A stretch of DNA of 64,000 nt from Scyliorhinus canicula (taxonomy: Eukaryota). Under the pieces are notes generated by a model, which ran no database searches, had not been told where the DNA came from, and saw nothing but the letters and a program-made list of their open reading frames with translations. The position numbers were made by a program, and so were the translations under genes. This document shows, in pieces, positions 1 to 11,369 of the stretch. The number at the start of each line of letters is the position of its first letter. Position 1 is the first letter of the stretch. The stretch lies in assembly GCF_902713615.1 (NCBI RefSeq), contig NC_052147.1, positions 28,198,276-28,262,275 on the forward strand, given 5' to 3'.

Positions 1-495
1 AATGTTTGCTGATGGAATACTCTCTGGTTTGTCCAGATGGGCATAAGTCCAAAACACTCAGAAGCTCAACACCATCCAAAGCAAAGTAGCCTGCGTGATC
101 AGTATCCCATCCACCACCTCAAACATTCACTCGCTCCACCACAAGCATGCACTGACAACAGCGCATACAATTAACTGCAACAACTTGCCGCAGCTCCTTC
201 AGCAGCATCTTCCAAACCTGCACCCTCTACCACTTAGAACAAGGACAGCAGACACATGGGAACACCAATACCTCCAGGTTCCCCTCTAAGTCACCACCCT
301 GACTTGGAATTATGGCACCAGCCCTTCACTGTCTTGGCCAAATTCTGGAACTCCCTCCCTTCCAGCTCAGTTGGTATACCTACACCAAATGGATTGCAGC
401 GGTTCAAGAAGGTGGCTCACCAGCACCTTCTCAAGGACAATTACAGATAGGAAATAAACACTGGCTTCGCCAGTAATGTTCACATCCTGAGGACA
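1..495 (+). mobile_element. Decayed 3' end of a CR1/L2-group LINE (family B)
   Basis: MFAD remnant at 2-13; 3' tail (cacc..ttctcaagg..caatta..gat.gg..ataaa..ctgg) shared with the copies at about 45000-45630 and 53230-55000. Confidence 0.6.
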
Positions 496-849
496 AATAA
501 AAAAGTTTCTTTGCATAAACCCTCATGAATCCTATTAACATTTTAAATACCTTGATCCAATCATCCTTAAATCTGCTTGCATTTTTAAAAATATAATCAC
601 CAGATAAGTCTGATGAATCTGCATCATGCATCCTCAAAAACTAATCTGATCTTCCTGAGATGGGATGCCCAAAACTGTACTGAAGACCATAAGACATAGG
701 AGCAGAATTAGGCCACTCGGCCCATCGAGTCTGCTCCACCATTCAATCATGGATGATACTTTTCTCATCTTCATTCTCCTGCCTTCTCGTAACCCCAGAT
801 CTCCACATGGGGCCTGACCTTAGCTCAATAGAATTGTTTTTAATGAGCC

Positions 850-1415
850 GGTGTACAGAATTTGGAGGATGGGAAACTATCCAGGAAACACTACCAGAAG
901 GATGTGGAGACTTTAGAGAGGGTGCAGAAGAGATTTACCAGGATGTTGCCTGGTATGAATATAGAGGGCATTAGCCATGAGGCTAGGTTGAATAAACTTG
1001 GTTTGTTCTCACTGAAACGACAGAGGTTGAGGGGCGACCTGATAGAGGTCTACAAAATTATGAGGGGCATAAACAGAGTGGATAGTCAGAGACTTTTTCC
1101 CAGGGTAGAGGGGTCAATTACTAGGTTTAAGGTGCGAGGGGCAAGGTTTAGAGGAGATGTACGAGGCAAGTTTGTTTTTTTTTTACACAGAGGATAGTGG
1201 GTGCCTGGAACTCGCTGCCAGAGGGGGTGGTGGAAGCAGGGACGATAGTGACGTTTAAGGGGCATCTTGACAAATACATGAATAGGAGGGGAATAGAGGG
1301 ATACGGACCCCGGAAGTGTAGAAGATTTTAGTTTAGACAGGCAGCATGGTCAGCGCAGGCTTGGAGAGCTGAAGGGCTTGTTCCTGTGCTGTACTTTTCT
1401 TTGTTTGTTCTTTGA
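850..1415 (+). mobile_element. CR1/HER1-type LINE 3' fragment
   Basis: LERVQKRFTRMLPG...RLRGDLIEVYKIM, the CR1 ORF2 C-terminus, followed by the 3' UTR. Confidence 0.85.
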
Positions 1416-2245
1416 AAGCATTAGAATACAGTGTGAAAGAGACCAAAAGTGGAGATGAGAGTTTCAGTAACAGATGGGCTGAGGCAGACGGATAGGCGGG
1501 CACTGTTAGAGAGTTGGAAATAAGCAGATGGAGTTTGTAACAAGGACCCAAGACAATAGCTTTCCATCCTCCCAATGTTTAATTGAAGGAAATTTTACCG
1601 CACAGCAGACCACGTGAAGGCAGTTCCACTCAGCTGGCTAACAGAGAAGTGTTGGACACTGCATGGTGAGCTGTGTCAAAGATGCAGGCAGAGGTCATGA
1701 AAATAGGAAGCATAGTGCACCATTGCTACAGTCATGTGGAATGTCATTTATGACTTTATCTGGGATCACATCAATACTGTGGAAGGGCAGAAACCAGTTT
1801 GTAAAGTTCAAGTACAGAGTTATGGGAAAGATGAGCGTGCTTTGGGAGGCAGTAACTGGTCAAGAACCAGGTTCGAAAGAGTTGTTATATTGGACTCAAA
1901 AACATTAACTCCATTTCTTTCTCCACAGAAGCTGCCAGATCTGCTGAGTTTTTTCCACACTTACTGCTTTTATTTTGGTTCAAGAATGATGGTGGGGAAA
2001 GGACGTTTGGAGTTGGAGTGGCCGTTTGCAAGCACAGAGGAGGTCAAGGATTGGGTTTTTTGGGAAGTAAAGGCATGGTGACTTGAAAAGAATGTGAGGA
2101 AAGAACAGGGATCTCTACCAAGGAGAGGGAATCACATGTCAGAGAGCATAGGGCCCAGAAAGAGAAGTTGGACGATGAGTAGTTTAATGGTAATACGGGT
2201 GAGAAAGATGGGTGATTTTGTTTTTGTTAAGCAAAGATATTAAGG

Positions 2246-2549
2246 ACAGTAAGAAGTCTTACAACACCAGGTTAAAGTCCAACAGGTTTGTTTCAAACAC
2301 GAGCTTTCGGAGCACGGCTCCTTCTTCAGGTGAATGGAAAGGCTTGTTCCAGAAATGTTTATATAGACACAGTCAGAGATGCCCCGGAATGCGAGCACCT
2401 GCAGGCAATCAAATCATCAAAGATGCAGAGAGAGAGGTAACTCCAGGTTAAAGAGGTGTGAATTGTCCCAAGCCAGTTCAGTCGGTAGGCCTCTGCAAGT
2501 CCAGGCTTGTTGTTGTGCTCACCCCAGTCCAACGCCGGCATCTCCACAT
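2246..2549 (-). mobile_element. Short Penelope-like element with hammerhead motif and inverted 36-nt tail
   Basis: 14-bp TSD caaagatattaagg (2232-2245 and 2550-2563); HHR core on the minus strand at 2298-2333; inverted tail at 2514-2549. Confidence 0.65.
2298..2333 (-). ncRNA. Minimal type I hammerhead ribozyme motif
   Basis: TCAC-CTGAAGA-A-GGAGC-cgt-GCTCC-GAA-AGCT-C^GTG: intact core, perfect stem II, palindromic helix III, short helix I (CAC/GTG). Confidence 0.65.
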
Positions 2550-3250
2550 CAAAGATATTAAGGGTTATGGGCCAACAGTAGGTTTATGGAGTTAGTTCAC
2601 AGATCAGACATGGCGGGACAGGCTCGAGTGGCTGATTGACCTACTCTTGTTCCTGTGATGAAATAAGAGGAAGGTGCAAGTTCAAAAGCATGGGAGGACC
2701 TTGGGAAGTCACGCCTTGGTGGGCAGAAGGGAGATTTGCAGCAGAATATAAAACACAATATTACAATTTAAAAACAGGACAATTCTTTCTCCACAGACCA
2801 CCAATTAAAGCAGAATTGATATCTGTAGCTGTCATAAAACTAAATATTTTAATTATTAATTGAGCCAAGAATTATTAATGCAAGACATGAACCAAATAGG
2901 TTATAAATTATACTCAACAACTGGTTTTCAAACTTAGCTGAAAAAGATTGGAATACATTTTTGAATTTGTGATAAAATACTAATTGTAACATAACAAATA
3001 AGAAATAGGAGTGGGCCATTCAGCCCAGTGAGCCTATTCCACCATTCAACAATCAGGGCGGCATGGTAGCACATTGGTTAGCACAGTTGCTTCACAGCTC
3101 CAGGTCCCCGGTTCGGGTCACTGTCTGTGCACAGTTTTAGCATGATTTTCCTACTGTTGTATCCACACCTCTTGCGACACAGACCATAATTCCATTTGCC
3201 TTCTGAATTACTTGCTGTAACTGTATGCCAATTTTATGATTCATACATGA

Positions 3251-4575
3251 GGAAAAGGTTATAAGAGATAGGGTTTATAATTATCTTGAAAAGAACAAGT
3301 TGATTAGCGATAGTCAACACGGTTTTGTGAAGGGTAGGTCATGCCTCACAAACCTTATTGAGTTTTTTGAGATGGTGACCAAACAGGTGGATCAGGGTAA
3401 AGCGGTTGATGTGATGTATATGGATTTCAGTAAGGCGTTTGATAAGGTTCCCCACGGTAGGCTATTGCAGAAAATAAGGAAGTATGGGATTGAAGGTGAT
3501 TTAGCGGTTTGGATCAGTAATTGGCTAGCTGAAAGAAGACAGAGGGTGGTGGTTGATGGCAAATGTTCATCCTGGAGTTCAGTTACTAGTGGTGTACCGC
3601 AAGGATCTGTTTTGGGGCCACTGCTGTTTGTCATTTTTATAAATGACCTGGAAGAGGGTGTAGAAGGATGGGTTAGTAAATTTGCAGATGACACGAAGGT
3701 CGGTGGAGTTGTGGATAGTGCTGAAGGATGTTATAGGATACAGAGGGACATAGATAAGCTGCAGAGCTGGGCTGAGAGGTGATAGATGGAGTTTTAATGC
3801 TGAAAAGTGTGAGGTGGTTCACTTTGGAAAGAGTAACAGGAATGCAGAGTACTGGGCTAATGGCAAGATTCTTGGTAGTGTAGATGAACAGAGAGATCTC
3901 GGCATCCAGGTACATAAATCCCTGAAAGTTGCCACCCAGGTTAATAGGGCTGTTAAGAAGGCATATGGTGTGCTAGCCTTTATCAGCAGGGGGATTGAGT
4001 TTCGGAGCCACAAGGTCATGCTGCAGCTGTACATAACTCTGGTGCGGCCGCACCTGGAGTACTGCGTGTAGTTCTGGTCACCACATTATAGGAAGGATGT
4101 GGAAGCTTTGGAAAGGGTTCAGAGGAGATTTACTAGGATGTTGCCTGGTGTGGAGGCAAGGTCTTACGAGGAAAGGCTCAGGGACTTGAGGTTGTTTTCG
4201 TTAGAGAGGAGAAGGCTGAGAGGTGACTTAATAGAGACATATAAGATAGTCAGAGGGTTAGATAGGGTGGACAGTGAGAGTCTTTTTCCTTGGATGGTGA
4301 TGACCAACACGAGGGGACATAGCTTTAAATTGAAGGGTGATAGATTTAGGACAGATGTCAGAGGCAGTTTCTTTACTCAGAGTAGTAGGGGTGTGGAACG
4401 CCCTGCCTGCAACAGTAGTAGACTCGCCAACTTTAAGGGCATTTAAGTGGTCACTGGATAGACATATGGATGAAAATGGAATAGTGTAGGTCAGATAGGC
4501 TTCAGATGGTTTCACAGGTCGGCGCAACATCGAGGGCCGAAGGGCCCGTACTGCGCTGTAGTGTTCTATGTTCTA
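3251..4575 (+). mobile_element. 5'-truncated CR1/HER1-type LINE with disrupted RT domain
   Basis: [33 protein letters not shown] and FADD (3681-3692); stops at 3780 and 4069 plus a frameshift; ends in a ttctatg repeat. Confidence 0.93.
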
Positions 4576-4887
4576 TACCCATACTCCTCTTACCACAGCA
4601 TTCTGTAATCTCTTTAAATAATATTCTGCTTTTCAATTCTTTCTAGCAAAGTAGAAAACCTCTCACGTTGGCACATTATACTCCCTCTACCAAATTTTTG
4701 TTCATGCCCTTAACCTATCTATATCTCTTCGCAGACTCCATACCATTCTCATGTCTTGCTTTGTCACATGTCTTTTGATTATCAGCAAATTCCACCACAG
4801 TACAATCAAAGAAACGAAAACAACTCAAAAGAGAATAAAGACCCTGGTCTGGATACATTGCATCCACATATTTTCTGTGGCCTTTCT

Positions 4888-5111
4888 TTTTTTTTATAAA
4901 TTTAGATTACCCAATTATTTTTTCTATTAAGGGGCAATTTAGCATGGCCAATCCACCTACTCTGCACATTTTTGGGTTGTGGGGGCGAAACCCACGCAGA
5001 CACGGGGAGAATGTGCAAACTCCACACGGACAGTGACCCAGAGCCGGGATCGAACCTGGGACCTCAGCGCCGTGAGGCGGTTGTGCTAACCACTAGGCCA
5101 CCGTGCTGCCC
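4888..5111 (-). mobile_element. HE1-type tRNA-derived SINE, short A-tailed form
   Basis: Pol III A/B boxes; 15-bp TSD ttctgtggcctttct (4873-4887 and 5112-5126). Confidence 0.88.
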
Positions 5112-5339
5112 TTCTGTGGCCTTTCTAACGTGCTGCACAATTTTTAGTGATTGGTGATTCGCAAGAACCCTTTCTTCCTCTACCCCATCCAAACTTTCAC
5201 TGTACCTAGTTGTTTTACAGAAATGAATGACCTCGCATATATGTATGTTGAACCTCATTTGACAGTTACTTTCCCATCCTGCAAGTTTATCAATTACCCC
5301 TGTAATTTGTTGCAGACCTCCCGTGGTATTGAGTAAATC

Positions 5340-5860
5340 ATTTATTTAATTCACAAAGTTAGCAATTGTATTTTTTATTTCAAACTCCAAATTGTTAATG
5401 TAAATTGTGAATAGCAGTGGTCCCAGCACTGATCCTTATGGCAACCCATTAGTGATAATTTAACAATCTAAAAAGGGCCCATTTAGCCCAATAGGTTTTC
5501 TAGTATTTGACCAATCCTCTATCCATGCCAACATATCACTCTCAGCACGAAGAGCTATATCTTGTGTAATAACCATTTATGCTGCACCTTGCTGAATGTC
5601 TTTTGGAAATTCATCGACGCTATGTCTAATGGTTCCCCTTTATCCACCCTGCTTATTACACCCTTAAAGAACTTTAGTAAATTTAGCAAACATAATTTTC
5701 TAATTATAAAAGCATATTGACTCTGCATGATTTTCTGATGATTGTCTAAATATGCTGCTACTACCTCCTTAATAATAGATTCAAGCATGTTTCCGATAAC
5801 GGGTGTGAGGCTAACTGCCTAAGTTTCCTGCTTTCTGTTTCCCTCCTTTCCTGAATTGGG
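5340..5860 (-). mobile_element. Decayed CR1 RT fragment
   Basis: ORF 5555-5788 (LESIIKEVV...QYAF...NLLKFF...VDKGEPLD...FQKTFSKV) is degenerate CR1 RT. Confidence 0.75.
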
Positions 5861-5869
5861 GCATTAATG

Positions 5870-6810
5870 ATGGACAGGCTTTGGGAAGTCAGGAGTTGAG
5901 CTAATCATCTCAGAGCTCCCAGCCTCTATCAAGTTATTGTTTTGCAAGTGTCACCTGTTCTTGTAGCCACAGTATTTATATGGCTGGTCTGTTCAGTTTT
6001 TGTCATGGTAACTGCCAGGATGTTGATTGTGGGGGATTCAGCAATTGTAATACCCTTGAATGTCAGGGGGAGATGATTAAATACTCTTTAGTAGGAGATG
6101 GTCACTGCCTGGCACTTTTATGACATGTGTTATTTGCTACTTAACAGCCCAAATCTAAATGTTGTCCACGAGTCTTGCTGCACATTGGCACAGACTGCTT
6201 CAGTATCTGAGTTGTGAATGATACTAAACATACCGCAATCAGTGAACGTCCACACGTCTGACTTTACAATGGAAAAAGGCCATTGGCGAAGCAGATGCGC
6301 CCAAGAGACTACCTTGAGGAACTCCTGCAGTGATGTCCTGGAACGAAGATGATTAGCCTCCCAACCACCATCTTCCTTTGAGCCAGGTATGACTCCAACC
6401 AGTGCAGAGATTTCCCCTTGATCCCCACTGACTTTGCCAAGGGTCCTTGATGCCATACTAGGTCAAACGCTGCCTTGATGTCAAGGGCAGTCACTCTCAC
6501 CTTTCCTCTTGAGTTCAGCTCTTTGATCAATGTTTGGTCCAAGACCGAAATTAGATCAGGAGCGGAGTAGCCCTGGTGGAATCAACAAGCATCAGCGAGC
6601 AGGTTATTGTTGTGCAAGTGTCACTTGATTGCAGTGGTGACAACATCTTCTATCACGTTGCTCATGATCAAGAGGACTGATTGGGTGGTTATTAAAATTT
6701 GCCCTGGTTTTTGTGGACAGGACATTAGAATTTTTAACATTTTCAGTTCAATACCAGTGCTGTAGTTGTAGTGGAACAGCTTGGTTGGGACACCAATTTT
6801 CTTGTGGCTC
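5870..6810 (-). mobile_element. Decayed CR1/L2-group LINE (family B) RT fragment
   Basis: RVTALDIKAAFDLVWHQG in ORF 6309-6542. Confidence 0.75.
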
Positions 6811-7339
6811 GGGTAGTAATCCGGAGATTCTTACCTCTGTAGTTCTGCATTTTGGTTTAGCTCCCAGCTACTCCCCTAGCAGAGGCTCTTTCTTAGACCT
6901 ACCTGTCATCGGTACATCAGTGGACCATGGCAACTGGATCCTTCCCCTCTGATTCCATGATGTTCTCCAGCCCTAAAGAAATGTCCTTCAACTTGGTAGT
7001 GTGCAGTGACTCATTTTTGGCTGCAGAAAGTAAAATTATTCCTCTAATTATACTGTCCCCTATGACAATATCTTTCACTTTTACTTCTTCAATGTGACTG
7101 GTCCGCCTACCACTGTGCAGCATTCAGTTTGGTCTTTCTCCCTATAGTCCCTGCTCTCGCCCACAAAGGCTACAAGAACCTTATATTTGTTAAACAAGTA
7201 GATGGGTTAAGGCTTCTCTAGTGCTACTGTTAGATTTCTTACCTGTTTCACTCAGTCATACCACCCTATCCCTGCTCATACACCAAATCAGAAGTACTTC
7301 GCCCAAGAGGTGTGACTGAATCCTGGATCAAGTGTGCAG

Positions 7340-7682
7340 AGGACTGATTTAGCACAGTGGGCTAAACAGTTAGCTTGTAATGCAGAACAAGGCCAGCAGT
7401 GCAGGTTCAATTACTAGACCGGCCTCCCCGAACAGGCGCCGGAATGTGGTGACTAGGGGCTTTCCACAGTAACGTCATTGAAGCCTACTTGTGACAATAA
7501 GCGATTATTATTATTAGGGGCTGGTTTAGCTCAGTGGGCTAGTCAGCTGGTTTGTGATGCAGAACAAGGCCAGCAGCACGGGTTCAATTCCCATACCAGC
7601 TTACCCGAACAGGCACCGGAATGTGGCGACTAGGGTCTTTCACAGTAACTTCATACTTGTGACAATAAAAGATTATTATTAA
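7340..7682 (+). mobile_element. Two tandem copies of a tRNA-derived SINE (ggggctggtttagc head, ATT-repeat tail)
   Basis: Similar units of about 170 bp at 7340-7515 and 7516-7682; a further copy lies at about 36843-37005 on the minus strand. Confidence 0.8.
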
Positions 7683-8312
7683 TTAACGTTGGGGAGGGGG
7701 GGGGGGGGATGCCCCCGCAAATCACGTTCGTATGTTTTGGTCCTGTGCAAAGCTGGAGGGGTATTGGAAGGAAATGCTCAGGGTAATTTCGAAGATGGTA
7801 AATGTGAGACTTGAGCCGGTCCTCTAGAGGCCATATTCGGGGTATCAGATTGGCCGAGGTTGGAAGTGGATGCGGAGGCAGATGTTTTAGCCTTCGCCTC
7901 ATTGATCGCCCAAAGACGAATCCTATTGGGGTAGTGGTCAGTTTCTCCACCCTGGGCCCTGGCATGGCAGGGGAGGATCTGTTAGAGTTTTTAAACACTC
8001 GGGAAGGTGAAGTTTGAGTTGAGGGGAAGGTTGGAGGGGTTCTACAGTTCATGGGCTTTGTTTATTATGCACTTTCAAGAATTGGATGACATCGAACATG
8101 AGCGGGGGGTGGTTTAGACTCTGAATGTTGTTGGTGACTATGTATAGGTGGAATGGTGAATCTTTTCCTTGATGTTTGTATTTAAAATGTTGAGGGTTGT
8201 TTGGGGGTTGGTCGGAGGGAGGAATTGTATTAGTTACCATTGATTGTTTGTTGGTGTGTGGAAATTTGGATGAAAAATGAAAGGAGAATAAAAATATATA
8301 TATATTTTTTTA
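7683..8312 (+). mobile_element. L1/Tx1-clade LINE 3' fragment
   Basis: ANHVRMFWSC zinc-knuckle remnant, homologous to the elements at 24585 and 57285; G/T-rich 3' UTR with AATAAA. Confidence 0.8.
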
Positions 8313-11300
8313 AAGTATGCAGGTAACCTCTTTCTCTGAAACTCAGGGCTCCAGCTCATCAGCTCTCAGCCCACATTCCCCAAGCTGCAAGTGCCAATTG
8401 CAGATGTGGTTGTTGTCCATCGCACAGGTGTCCACCAGCTCCCACATGCTACAGCTCTAACACACATCACTCTGCTATCTCTATTTTGTTTTATTTAACT
8501 AATGAGGTTTTTGAATTTGAAATATCATTCAAGAATCATTTATAGTGATGTTAAGCAATTAAAATTAAGCTAGAGTTTTAATATCTATATCTCTCATTCT
8601 AGTTTAAACTACTGCCCTAATTCAGAGGAAAGCAAACGTAAAACTCTCCAAACCAAGCACCTAGGTAATGCCTCTATCCCTCAACCCGGAGGTTTATCTC
8701 GTTTCCTCTCCCAGACTGCTCCTTTCTCTTAAAAGCACCAGACCAGCATCTCTTCGCACACTACATCAATTCCTGATTGAAGTGTACTGTAGAAGCAGTA
8801 CTCCAAAATCGACTCTGTGCAACAACCAAAACATACTACCATAAACAGAGGAAGGTGCAAGTAATCAGAAGAAAGCAGAATGGGATTAGTTTTGGAATTC
8901 TTCAAAGGCTCAGTATCAACATGGACTGAATGACGTACTTTAGTGTTGTAAACAACTATTGTGCTATAGAGTGAGTATATATGCACGGATGCATTGGGAC
9001 GTGCCAAGAAGAATATTAAATTACTATAATCATAACCTGTGCAATCAAGTATAAACTCAGGCCAACTGAATTGTTATTTTCCTAATTTTCATACCTATCA
9101 CCAATCAAACTATCGATTCTCTGCCTAGGTTCATAATGAACATATACAACTGTTAGGTTATGCTGATTTTCCCAATATCCCCACCATCCTTTTCCTGAAT
9201 AAGTGTCTCACCTCCTTCTGAAACTTCAAACGAGCCAAAAAAGAACTATACAAGTGGATGAACCATCATTCACAATATAGACTTGAAGCAACATGCATGT
9301 TGTCCATTAGTTTTCCGATGCAAAGATAAATGTTCTAATGACTTTATTTCGAATACAATCAAAGGAAATTTCTATTGGGATGCTATTACTTTGAGGCACT
9401 GATCACCTTTTGCAAGATTTAACACCAAAGTCACAGGGAAAAAATAATGTTCAAAATTACAAAAGCCAAAACTAAATTAAGAAACCATTATTATATCAAA
9501 AATCTACTCTGCATACAAATCATTGGGATCTAGACTGTATTCACTGTCTGTTGTTGTAACCTATAATTACTGCACAATTGGCATAGCATTAATATTTAGT
9601 TAACTAGTTACCAGCTTTGTCAGATCTGTCATGTTAGTGAAATAATGATTCAGAGAAGCTAATGAAAATGAGGAGTCAAACATAAAGAGATCACTTGATT
9701 ATAATTCTGTCAATCAATCTCTGTAACTGCTCAAACAATGATGAGAATTGTCAAAGAACCATGCCTTTAGAGCACCTGCCCCAATTCAAAAACATGCAAA
9801 AGCTTTGGCCAGAATTAATTATAGGGTTTGGAACATTAAACGGTCAGTAGTCAAGGAGCCATCACTGCATTTGATTCTGCACATTATTTTTCCACTTGGT
9901 GAGAGTGCAACACCATGATGTAGTCACCACAGAACCTATCAATAAGAATAGGGTTCCCTGGATGTAACCTTTCAACAATTTGTAAAATGTCTGCTTTTTC
10001 CCATTTTGATTTTCTCTCCTTTTTGAAAGATTGCCAAGATTTCGGAAAAGCTTGAACAGCACTCCCCCAGTCATAAAAGTGACCACGCGTGTTTGACAGG
10101 TTACTTAACCAAAGGATCAATTAATGCCAAGCTTTATTCTGTCCTTGCCAGACACTCGCCCAAAGTGATTTTGTTTTGAGCAAACATCACTGGACACCTG
10201 TCAGAATCAGAAAACCAAGCAAGTTTTTCCCCTTCCCCAGTGATGGAGAACTAAACTGTCGGGGCCGAACCTTATTTTATAGCACAGGGACCGAAGCTAG
10301 GAACTCCCTTACCCATGTGGTTCACCAATACATTACATGCTGGATCAAGGAGCCTAACACTTTTCTTATTGATATGTGCTGCAAAATGTAACTGAAAAAA
10401 AAACCCAGATGTGGCCTGAGGATCTGCCAATTTGATATAAAAACTCCTAAAAAGGGTAGCATTGCGGTGTAGTGATTAGCATTGCTGCCTCACGGTGCTG
10501 AGGACTCTGGTTCAATCCCTCCATGTGAAGTTTGCACATTCGCCCCATGTATGCATGGATAATACCACACCTCAGGCAAGGGGAAAGATTAATAAGGCAG
10601 GCCTTCATGAATAACTTAGCCAGTACAGGAACTGAACTGTTGGCCTCGTTCTGCATCACAAACCAGCTGTCCAGCCAACTGAGCTAAACCAGCTCCATCT
10701 TTTCAAGTGCGATTAGACATAAGCAATAAGTGCTGATCTCGTCAGCAATGATTACATCTCATGGACGAATATTTTTTTGTAAAACTCAAAACTCACTCTT
10801 AAACACATCAAGCAAGAAAGCTTGATCCAAATCGCTTTTGTGACCAGAAGTTATCCATTAAAAATTAATCACACGCCCACCAGTGTAAATAAATAATTTT
10901 TTAACAAACTTCACTCAAGCAACTTATTACATAATCTTAAACAAGCAGCAGCAAGGTCTGAGAACAGACCAGGCATTATATTTTGCCATTTTGTACTACA
11001 TCAAGACTTACTAGATTAAAAGATTTTTTTCATAATTTGTTCATCCAAGCTTATTTATGCACAGGCAGTACTTACCGATAACTGCAATTATTGTCATATC
11101 AGTGGCAAAATAGTATATAAATACGAGAACAATATAGCAAGAAACCAAATAAGAAACAGGCTACTCTAGATCTAGTACTGTGCACTGAGGGACTTCATAT
11201 TAAAATTGAGAGCCTGATTTCATATTAAAATTGAGAGCAAAATCGTTAAGTCCAAATCTAGTGTATTATTTAATCACAATATGAGGGGTAGGTTTGGCGG

Positions 11301-11369
11301 AAGTAGTTTGAGAAGTTGACTAAACAAAATGATGATAGTAAAGCGATAACAAAGAGTTAAAAGAATAAT

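Noticed and set aside
3300-4446. RT ORFs as an active retroelement or a retron/DGR-like system
   Set aside because: Standard CR1 ORF2, 5'-truncated, with stops and a frameshift; eukaryotic context.
4888-5111. tRNA-like A/B boxes in SINE heads as tRNA genes
   Set aside because: No full cloverleaf; they continue into SINE bodies with TSDs.
7340-7682. Tandem repeats as a CRISPR-like array
   Set aside because: Two SINE copies with no unique spacers and no cas genes; vertebrate DNA.
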